Positions 53,615-64,000 of a stretch of DNA of 64,000 nt are shown in pieces. The notes beneath the pieces were generated by a model, which was given only the letters and a program-made list of their open reading frames with translations, did not search any database and was not told the origin of the DNA. Each line of letters begins with the position of its first letter. The first letter of the stretch is position 1. Made by a program: the position numbers and the translations under genes. This DNA comes from Octopus vulgaris (taxonomy: Eukaryota): assembly GCA_951406725.2 (NCBI GenBank), contig OX597830.1, positions 77,810,001-77,874,000 on the forward strand, written 5' to 3'.

Positions 53615-53957
53615 AGGAGTGGCTGTGTGATAAGTAGTTTGCTTAACTACCATTGCGAGGCACCTTGGAGAAGTACCTTCTACTATAGCCCCGAGCCGAC
53701 CAAAGCCTTGTGAGTAGATTTGGTAGATAGAAACTGAAAGAAGCCTGCCGAACATATGTGTGTGTGTGTGTGTGTTTGTGTTTGTCCCCCACTTTCGCTT
53801 GACAACCGATGTAGGTGTGTTTACATTCGGGTAAACAGACCGATAGAATAAGTACTAGGTTTACAAAGAATAAGTCCCGGGGTCGATTTGCGCGACCAAA
53901 GGCGCTGCTCCTGCATGATCGCAGTCAAATGGCTGAAACAAATAAAAGAATAAAAGA
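53615..53957 (+). mobile_element. SINE family A
   Basis: Match to family A. Confidence 0.9.
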
Positions 53958-53999
53958 ACATCCGCACTCTGTCTTTCATTCTCAGACACACACCACACA

Positions 54000-54058
<59 letters not shown>

Positions 54059-54143
54059 ACACACACAGAAGGAGAGAAAGTGATAAACAGTTTCAGAAAA
54101 ACTAGCCATAGACTAAATAGCTAACTAAAATTCTCTGTCTCTC

Positions 54144-54244
<101 letters not shown>

Positions 54245-54664
54245 AGAGATATACATACATGTATACATTTGCATATAGAGGTACATGTGTGCGTGTGTGC
54301 GTGTGGCACTATATGGTATTGTGTGGAAGAGTACACTGGAATATTTTCCCAGGGTGCATCTATTCTGTTGAATGTCAGAACGTGTCATAGAAATTTCTTC
54401 TTGAAAATCGAGGATAATTTTGCCGGCTGGAGAGTTTGCAACTCTCTGCTCAAAACGGATAAACTCTTTACTGTTATACGTAGTTATTTCACCCCACCTC
54501 TCTCCCTCTTTCCCTCTTTCCCTTTCTCAGTACAAAGTTTTTTGTTTTTTTTTTGTCACAGGGTAAAAACGTCGATAGTGACTTCGAACCTTTCGCTTCC
54601 TTTTGTTATTGTCTTTATTTTTCTAGTTCAGTTGATTTTCAATTGGCATAATTTCTCCCTGTTT

Positions 54665-54705
<41 letters not shown>

Positions 54706-54764
54706 TCCTCTCACTTTCTCTCCTCTTCTCGTTATATATGTGTGTAAGTATACCGCTAAGTATT

Positions 54765-55351
54765 TATTTCGTTACTACCCACAAGGGGCTAAACACAGAG
54801 AGGACAAACAAGGACAGAAAAAGTGATTAAGTCGATTATATCGACCCCGAAAGGATGAAAGACAAAGTCGACCTCGGCGGAATTTGAATTCAGAACGTAG
54901 CGGCAGACGAAATACCACTAAGTACTTATTTCTTTAGTACCCACAAGGGGCTAAACACAGAGTGGACAAACAAGGACAGACAAACGGATTAAGTCGATTA
55001 TGTCGACCCCAGCGCGTAACTGGTACTTATTTAATCGACCCCCAAAAGGATGAAAGACAAAGTCGACCTCGGCGGAATTTGAACTCAGAACGTAGCGGCA
55101 GACGAAATACCACAAAGTACTTATTTCTTTAGTACCCACAAGGACCTAAACACAGAGTGAACAAACAAGGACAGACAAACGGATTAAGTCGATTATGTCG
55201 ACCCCAGCGCGTAACTGGGACTTATTTAAACGATCCCCGAAAGGATGAAAGGCAAAGTCGACCTCGGCGGAATTTGAACTCAGAACGTAACGGCAGACGA
55301 AATAACGATAAGCATTTCGCCCGGCGTGCTAACGTTTCTGCCAGCTCGCCG
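54765..55351 (-). mobile_element. SINE family B trimer
   Basis: Head at ~55350 and three tandem units; one has a deletion between TCGACCCC direct repeats. Confidence 0.93.
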
Positions 55352-55539
55352 CAGCTTACCACACTGCCACGCGCCTGCACCTATGTGTGTATGTATGTGT
55401 GTGTGTGTGTGTATTACTCTACTCCCGCCATCGCTGTGTGTTCTTCGTCCCTGCAGTTATTCTGTCTGTACACCGCTCGCCGCTGCGATGATGTATTACA
55501 ATCGTTAGAGCTGCTAAAAGAACAGTGTTAATTCGTGTC

Positions 55540-55582
55540 AGGTCATTGCAGGTCTGTAGAGGTCACACAGGTTCAGAGGTCG
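55540..55582 (+). promoter_or_regulatory. Candidate nuclear-receptor response element array (DR4-DR4-DR4-DR1)
   Basis: AGGTCA-ttgc-AGGTCT-gtag-AGGTCA-caca-GGTTCA-g-AGGTCG in non-repeat sequence. Confidence 0.35.
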
Positions 55583-55847
55583 TTGTCACTTTTCGCCGCT
55601 CCAGAAGACACAATCTATCTTCCCGTGATGCTCTTCCTACCTGCCTTTGCTTCCCTTCTTCCTTCGGTTGAGTGCAATGTTTGAAGATGTATGTGCGTTC
55701 GCGTGCGTGCGTGTTCGCGTGTGTGTGTACGTGTGTGTACGTGTGTGTGTGTGTATGTGTATGTGTGTGTTTAATTATCTGTATGTGTTTTTCTATGTAT
55801 TTAAGCTCACGAAGACAGTACTTCCTATTTCTTTCTTTTCTGCAATA

Positions 55848-55907
<60 letters not shown>

Positions 55908-56016
55908 AATCGATCTATCTATCTATCTATCTATCTGTCTGTTTATCTATCTATCTACCTGCCTGTCTGTCTATCTAGCTATCTGTTTGTCTGTCTGTCT
56001 ACCAATTTATCTATCT

Positions 56017-56050
<34 letters not shown>

Positions 56051-56218
56051 CTATCTGTCTATTTATCTATGTCTAGCTCGCTACTTTTCTATACTGACAT
56101 ACATATAAACAAATACGTAGAGATATAAAACATATATGTATCTTATATACATACATATCTTATATCTACTAGTTTAAAAAACACAATGAAACTTCAGCGC
56201 GCGCGCACATACACACAA

Positions 56219-56250
<32 letters not shown>

Positions 56251-56422
56251 ATACGCATATAATACATGCATACATAAATACGTATATAATCGTAAAAAAT
56301 TATGCAATACATTTTTCTCTGATTTTGAGTATGTTCTCTTGAGAACAAATTTTTCGTGGTAATGGCGATTTGACGTCTATGTTTAGCATATAGGGTGTCT
56401 ACTTTAGTAATCATTCCTATTG

Positions 56423-56831
<409 letters not shown>

Positions 56832-57676
56832 TGTATGTATGTATGTATGTATGTGTATTCCATTTTGTCTTAGTTGTAGTACTAAACTGACTGCCAGATT
56901 CCCTCTCTCAAATTCCCTCATGAGGTGTTGGTCAGCCAGGGGTAAAACACCTGGTCTCGGTGCCGCTCAGCAGTATCGGACACGAAACCACCTGATCGTA
57001 AAGTGAGCTTCTTGTGTCCGTTACCTATGGCATTTTTCTTAGTTAGCTTACCTGTTCTGTTGAATGAAAGCAACACAGTAGATGAACCAAAGTTCTAAAG
57101 CAATCAATGTTTAGGTACAAACTCATTGTACGGTTAACATGTGCCTTACATACATATATGCATACATATAAGTAGACTTACAATTGTATGGTAACATACT
57201 GATGAATATGGCGAAATCAACTCTATTTATACAAGATTCGCAGGATGGAAAAAATTATTTTTCGTAATCAAAATACACCTTTGAAATTTAAGAAATAGCC
57301 ACTGCAATATAACATAAAAGAGCTAGAAAACATGAAAAGAAGACGGAAATATTAAAAAAAAAAAAAAACCATAAAAGAATTGTAAAAGCAATAGTTTCCT
57401 GGATTTTTATGTGCGTGTAAAGTTAAATTGCATCTTAAATTTAATTACTGTGTTATCTAATAGCCGGACTTCCTGCGGAGTGCTTACTGTGATTTCTCTT
57501 TGATTCTCTGATTCCTTGTTAATACAAACATACGTACATATATAAAAGCGTATGTGTATGTGTTATGTAAACTCTACACCTGGAACCTTGCCTACGTTGG
57601 ATCTGGAACTCGTAGTGGATCGTGAAACTGCTTGTCGGCATGCATGTGTATAATTTCATATATAGGTATACTTATA

Positions 57677-57912
57677 AGGTGATGAGCTGGTAGAAACGTT
57701 TGCACGCCGGGCGAAATACTTAGCAGTATTTCGTCTGCCGTTACGTTCTGAGTTCAAATTCCGCCGAGGTCGACTTTGCCTTTCATCCTTTCGGGGTCGA
57801 TAAATTAAGTACCAGTTACGAACTAGAGTCGATATAATCGACTTAATCCGTTTGTCTGTCCTTGTTTGTCCTCTCTGTGTTTAGCCCCTTGTGGGTAGTA
57901 AAGAAATAGGTA
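57677..57912 (+). mobile_element. SINE family B
   Basis: Match to family B consensus. Confidence 0.92.
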
Positions 57913-58482
57913 TACTTGTATGAATGCGTATATTGATTTGGTCATGTGCATCTATATGTAAGTGTTGGGGCATGTCCGAATATACATTGATATATGTCTA
58001 AATGTCTGTGTGTGGATACATGGATATGCTAATGTCGACCCTGACTTGGTGTCCTGATTACTAAAATACCTTCGTTCAAATGAACCCTACAAATAATCGA
58101 TAACAATACGTACACACATACACACACACACAGTCATGTTCCGTACTTCATTAGCTTACAGCTATTTCTGCTATAAGATGCAGAAATAGTTGAGTACACG
58201 AAGTATCTTCTAGCATCATTGGAGCCTCGAATATGAAGCAGCATAACATAATCGTTTTTCCCTTTGTTCCCCATTTACTTATTATCGCTCTATACTCATC
58301 TAGCACTTCGTTCTGAAGTATAACATATACTGAGTTCTAAACATTGTCATTAGACTCGCAATGCCTAACTGGAATATATAATATTATAATATATATATGT
58401 ATAATTATAATATTATATATATATATATATATATTATATATATGTAATATATATATATTATTATGATATATATATAATATTA

Positions 58483-58526
<44 letters not shown>

Positions 58527-58528
<2 letters not shown>

Positions 58529-58719
58529 CTCTTTTACTCTTTTACTCGTTTCAGTCATTTGACTGCGGCCATGCTGGAGCACCGCCTTTTAGTCGAGGAA
58601 ATCAACCCCAGGACTTATTCTTTGTAAGCCTAGTACTTATCCTATCGGTCTCTTTTGCTGAACCGCTAAGTAACGGGGACGTAAACACACCAGCATCGGT
58701 TGTCAAGCGATGTTGGGGA

Positions 58720-58769
<50 letters not shown>

Positions 58770-58929
58770 CATATATATATACGACGGGCTTCTTTCAGTT
58801 TCCGTCTACCAAATCCACTCACAAGGCTTTTGGTCGGCCCGAGGCTATAGTAGAAGACACTTGCCCAAGGTGCCACGCAGTGGGACTGAACCCGGAACCA
58901 TGTAGTTAGTAAGCAAGCTACTTACCACA
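58527..58929 (-). mobile_element. SINE family A
   Basis: Match to family A; embedded in TA-rich tracts. Confidence 0.92.
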
Positions 58930-60249
58930 TTATATATATATATAATATTATAATTATATATATATATATTATAATATTATATATATATATTATTATATAT
59001 ATATCATGACATTGTTTATATATATATATATAATATATATATATTATATTGTATATATATCATAATATTATATATACATAATATTTTCCGGACAACAAAC
59101 AGAAAATATGACATACCTGTGTATGTGTGTGTGTGTGATTTAAAAAAAGCATGTAGTAGTTAAACAGACGAACGGAAAACACAGGTCACCAACCCCTCTT
59201 CAGTTATCGGCTAGAGGGTCAAGCGCAATTTCGGCCATTATCGATAATATTGCTTCCACTCTGAAGGCACCGGTTAGTTTATATGTTTCCACACACAGAG
59301 ATCTGTTTATATGTTTCCACACACACACACACAGATCCACCTCTTCACGGAAATTCTTTATTTAAACAAACGAATATGTTACGACTAATGTTTCAATTGG
59401 TGGTTGTTGGTCTTCTTTAACCACAGGTCATCTTTGAGTAATCAGACATTCCGTATCAAAATTACTCCGGGCGTGGCCATATCGCTTTCCTCAATGCTAT
59501 ATCACCTCAATATTTTCCCAGACAGCAGAATTTTATTGTGGGGGCAATATTCTACTACATTTAGCAGGTCGCGGGTTCATGTTGAAGGGTCTCTTCTTGC
59601 TGTTTGTCATAGAGGTTGATCCTAAAACAGAAGACCTAATGGAAAATATTTGTTTATAGATTAGGTTACTAATACAGGCAGTGCTTGTGTGTGTGTGTGT
59701 GTGTGTGTGTTTGTCTGTGTGCGTGCGTGCGTGTGAGTGAGTGTAGTTGTGCTAGTGAGATAGTAGTAGTGGTGCTTGATTGTAGTGGTGATGGTGATGG
59801 TGATAGTAATTCTAATATGGAGGATGGTGATGCAAAGAAGAGCGACAGACATTTCTACTGCTGATGATAAGGAAGAGAAAGAGGTGGGGGGTTGATGATG
59901 ACGACGACGACGATGACGGTGGTGTTGGGGTGGGGTGATGAGGATGATGATGATCATCATCATAGCAATCGAGGTTTAGGGTGGTGAGATGGGACGGGAT
60001 GATAACAAAAACGATCACGATGAGGTGATGATGATGATGATTATGATGTTGATGGGACGGAGGAGGAGGAGGTGGAGGAAAAGGAGAAGAGGCTGGTCAT
60101 GCTGATCGTGTGATTAATGTGTGATGGTTGTGGCAAGTGTTGATGGTGTTGATGATGATGATGATGATGATAATCATGATGATGACGACGACGATGTTGA
60201 TCATGATGTTGGCGATGGCACGTTGATCATCGTGTCAGCGGGGGCACTA

Positions 60250-60293
60250 ATGGTGGTGGTGGTGGTGGTAGTAGTAATAGTAAATGCAGAAAC

Positions 60294-60370
<77 letters not shown>

Positions 60371-60500
60371 GGTGATGGTGATGATACGACAACAACGAAG
60401 ACGAGCAGCGGTATTTATGACTATCGGTGGCAAGAGTAGAGGCGGTGGTGGTGGTGATGGTGATGGTGGTGGTGGTGGTGGTGGTGGTGGTGGTGGTGGG
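60250..60500. repeat. (GAT)n/(GGT)n microsatellites
   Basis: Direct reading. Confidence 0.95.
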
Positions 60501-60843
60501 GCGGGGTAGGGGGTATGAGGTGGGAGCTTGCACTACAATAACCGGAAGTAATTCTGCTGACAGGCAACAAAGGTCAAAGAGATATATTTTATTTTACACA
60601 TGAATACATTAGCATAATTAGAAGAGAAGAGAGAGGAGGAGCAATGGAAGGGGGGCGGCCTAGTTAGGTGTGTTTTGTCATTTTCGGGGTTTTTTTTTTA
60701 CTGTGCGCACTAACGCCATCTAGTGGCGGTAGGTTTTAATGTACCAAATGAAATGTCACGATTCATTGAGAAGCACCAAGGAGCTTGTGTGTGTATGTGT
60801 GCGTGTATAGGTGCGCATATATACATATATTTATATGTGTATG

Positions 60844-60917
<74 letters not shown>

Positions 60918-60919
60918 TG

Positions 60920-60965
<46 letters not shown>

Positions 60966-61103
60966 TATATATGTATTCTTATACAGCTTTTCGTATGTCT
61001 CACTCTCTCCCCGCTCTCTCTTCTCTCTCTCTCCGCTCTCTCTTCTCTCTCTCTCTATATATATATATATATGTGTGTGTGTATACACACACACATATAC
61101 ACA

Positions 61104-61340
61104 GTTTCATGTAGTGGTCGATCATACCCGATTTGACGGTATTGTAAGCTATATACTCCCTATCACTGCTTTTGTACGGAACACAAGCGATAGTATCGAA
61201 TCTATATAATACGGTTGATATCTCTTCCCCCCACATTACCATATGCATACATAGATGAAGGCTGTCCACTCTTGACCAAGGAAGAACTTCACTGACCACC
61301 CAGAACACTATGCACTCATGCTAAATTACACCTTACACTC
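61104..61340 (+). pseudogene. Possible decayed Penelope-like reverse transcriptase fragment
   Basis: Across frameshifts: VSCSG..P / FDGIVSYILPITAFVRNTSD / VDISSPHITI / IDEG / LDQ, collinear with PLE RT motifs RPIVS..., LD.IL..LP.YI.DT, D..SLYT.I..EG. Confidence 0.45.
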
Positions 61341-61394
61341 GTAGATCCGCTGTTGACTATTGAGTTCCAGCTCTAGATTGACATACACGTCCGC

Positions 61395-61730
61395 AGTTGG
61401 GGTCCGTATGGTCCCTGAGTGTCCATATAAGATTCTTGGGATCCACGTTACTAAATAGTAAATTGGGAATCCACAGTAGTATTTTTAAGGGACCCTGGAA
61501 AAAATTTAGTCTAGTTGTATTTATTGCAAGAGACAGATTGGTTCCTTTGTCTAACGTTTTACATAGTTCGGCCTAAACAAGTTAATGTTTGGAAAACGAA
61601 ATAGGGATATTGAAAGAAGATTCTATAAAACTAGTCGAATGGCTATGGGAATCCACCAGAATAGAATAATGATCAAACAGGTTTATAGATAAAGAAACAA
61701 AAAAACAAAGAAGGAAAATGATTGAGGCGT
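61395..61730 (+). mobile_element. hAT-type MITE, homologue of 21896-22640
   Basis: Shared TCCATATAAGATT...AATAGTAAATTGGG...TCGAATGGCTAT.GG.ATCCACCA. Confidence 0.8.
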
Positions 61731-61737
61731 TATATAA

Positions 61738-62118
61738 GGCGCAGGAGTGGCTGTGTGGTAAGTAGCTTGCTTACTAACCACATGGTTCCGGGTTCAGTCC
61801 CACTGCGTGGCACCTTGGCCAAGTGTCTTCTACTATAGCCTCGGGCCGACTAAAGCCTTGTAAGTGGATTTGGTAGACGGAAACTGAACGAAGCCCGTCG
61901 TATATATATATGTGTGTGTGTGTGTGCATCTGTGTTTGTCCCCCATCATCGCGTGACAACCAATGCTGGTGCTTTTACGTCCCCGTAGCTTAGCAGTTCG
62001 GTGAAAGAGACCGATGGGAAAAGTACTAGGCTTACAAAGAATAAGTCCTGGGGTCTTCCTCGACTAAAAGGCGGTGCTCCAGCATAGCCACAGTCAAATG
62101 ACTGAAACAAGTAAAAGA
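61738..62118 (+). mobile_element. Full-length SINE family A
   Basis: Match to family A. Confidence 0.93.
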
Positions 62119-62511
62119 GCAGCCCCTAATCTAGAAGGTGACACTGATATAAAACAGGATACGCAGGGAATGGCAATGAGCATTTTGGGGATCGTTTTGC
62201 TTGCGCTTGAAATCATGGCGCTCCCACATTCCTGTGTGCGACTCATATTGGCACAGGATATCTTTGCCTTGGCTTGTCTCTGGATCAAAGTGCAAGCTTT
62301 ATGGAACCTAAAATTTCTCATAGACATTTCTGACTTTTTTGCATGCTCATTGCTGCTTAATTTTATCTTTACATACATGCTTATGCATGCATGCATACAT
62401 ACATACATACATACATACATACATGCACACACACATACATACATACATACATACATACATACATACATACATACATACGTACATACATGCATACATACAT
62501 ACATACATACA

Positions 62512-62542
<31 letters not shown>

Positions 62543-63059
62543 GTAGCCTTTGGATTTTCAGAAAAAGAAATCAACAAACTGATTCGCACATTACAATTAC
62601 AATCTGCAAGCGGAGTAGTAAAATTTTGCAAGACTTTTTCTCAGGTTTAAAATGTGACATTGTTTTCATTATCTACATTCCAGTAACGGACCTTTGTATC
62701 TTTGTTAGGAACTAGCTCCTTCTTCAAAGGAAGAATTTAAATAAATTAAAAACAGAAGAGCCACATATATATATACATACGTATACGCACATGCACACAA
62801 ACATACGTGCATGAGACTACATACATAAAACATACAAATATGTACATACACACGCACATACACGCATACGCATACATACACATTTATACATACGTACATA
62901 TACATACATATTACATGTCATCAAAAGCTCTACCATTACCCGGAATCTTATGGTTTTAAAACGAACTCCTAAAGCATTCAATCAATCGTATTGTACTTAC
63001 AGATAAAAAACAAAACTACCCCGTCTCATCTGATGTCGCTGAATCGCTATAATTCTCAG

Positions 63060-63355
63060 AAAATCAAATAAGATGCCTTGCAACATTCCAGTACTTAACG
63101 TTCTGAGTTCAAATCTCACCGTGGTTAACTTATCCTTCCACTTTTTTGGGAGCGTGGGCAGGGGGTTGATAAAATAAGTCCATTGAGCACTAGGGTCTAT
63201 GTAACTGATAAGTGCCACGCCGAACGAAATCATTAGCGTTGATTTGTCAGTCTTTATGTTGTGAGATGAAATAGCGACGAGGTCGACTTTGCCTCTCATT
63301 TTTCTGGAGTGGATCAAATAAGTACCAGTCATACACTGAGGTCGATGTAATCTAT
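63060..63355 (+). mobile_element. Old diverged SINE family B dimer
   Basis: ACGTTCTGAGTTCAAAT...GAGGTCGACTTTGCC...AAGTACCAGT. Confidence 0.7.
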
Positions 63356-63360
63356 TCTAT

Positions 63361-63536
63361 TATCGGTTTCAGTCGGAGATTGTGACCATGCTGGGTGTTT
63401 CTTGCCGTGATGTGGTTTCATTTAGTATATTGGATAAACATTTGTTTAATTCTTCTTTGAACATATCTAGATCTACACCTCAAAGCTCTCCGATACGTTT
63501 CTCAGTCCCAAAGTTGGGTACTAAACCTTCCAGGAT

Positions 63537-63537
<1 letters not shown>
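63361..63537 (-). pseudogene. Internally deleted CR1-type LINE 3' fragment
   Basis: ILEGLVPNFG...GVDLDMFKEELNKCLSNILNETTSRQ + CCCAGCATGGTCACAATC..GACTGAAAC; homologous to 53031-53420. Confidence 0.8.
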
Positions 63538-63573
<36 letters not shown>

Positions 63574-63577
<4 letters not shown>

Positions 63578-63768
63578 AGAATTCACAAAAAAAACACACA
63601 CACACGAAGACAGGTGGTGTAGACAACAAACAGATGTATTAGTATAACGCTCGGGAAGGGAAAAAGTCTTTAACGTTTCGAGCCTACGCTGTTCCACAGA
63701 AAGGGACACAGAAGGAAACAAGGGGATAAATAAAGAACGTGTAGCGGCTAGCGATATATCATGGCATG
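63574..63768 (-). mobile_element. HHR-bearing mini-element family G (motif 63668-63703, CUGUGGA core)
   Basis: CUUU-CUGUGGA-A-CAGC-GUAG-GCUC-GAAACGUU-AAAG. Confidence 0.85.
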
Positions 63769-64000
63769 TATATTTCGTCTTCTCCCCAAGGGGTAGAGCC
63801 TCAGATCTTTCGCGCTTAACGCTAATGTCTATTTGTTGCATTGAGGTAATCTGGTGTTGGTTTGCAGATGACTGATTGGTTGAATTCTGAGATCAGTCAG
63901 AACACGGAAAAAGGAAACCATACTCTCTGAAAGACATTCACCCTCAAACGCCTGAATTATTACTCCCAGTTATGGTTGCCTCAGAGCGCAGATTCTTTTG

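Noticed and set aside
57198-57225. CUGAUGA...GAAA hammerhead
   Set aside because: No stem II or stem I; the same applies to 13764, 18330, 28618, 44662 and 47000-47025
62120-62370. Open frames on both strands (hydrophobic on plus; ISSASKTIPKML on minus, faintly RTE-like)
   Set aside because: No convincing splice sites or motif support

Overview
AT-rich, microsatellite-saturated eukaryotic non-coding DNA. The repeat inventory (tRNA-derived SINEs resembling the octopus OR1/OR2/OK type, CR1-like LINE ends) suggests an Octopus genome; this is an inference from recognised repeats. There is no intact protein-coding gene: nearly all ORFs in the track are translations of (TA)n/(CA)n/(GATA)n/trinucleotide tracts. 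Supported contents: dozens of copies of 4-5 SINE families (labelled A, B, C, D, I here), CR1-type LINE 3' ends, a decayed mariner transposase, a non-autonomous Helitron, hAT-type MITEs, decayed Penelope-like element (PLE) GIY-YIG and probable RT fragments, and a few candidate micro-exons (best: 42 nt at 48426-48467). The most interesting signal is a set of ~200-370 bp non-coding elements sitting in (TA)n tracts that carry minimal type-I hammerhead ribozyme (HHR) motifs of the PLE/retrozyme type. There are 7 clear and 3 degraded motifs. They include a family with a consistent non-canonical CUGUNGA core and one with a compensatory U3-A8 core. Other notable features are one SINE head fused to three different 3' tails, and a SINE/LINE shared 3' stem-loop that shows covariation. 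Family letters are my own labels, and element boundaries are read by eye (+/- ~10 nt).
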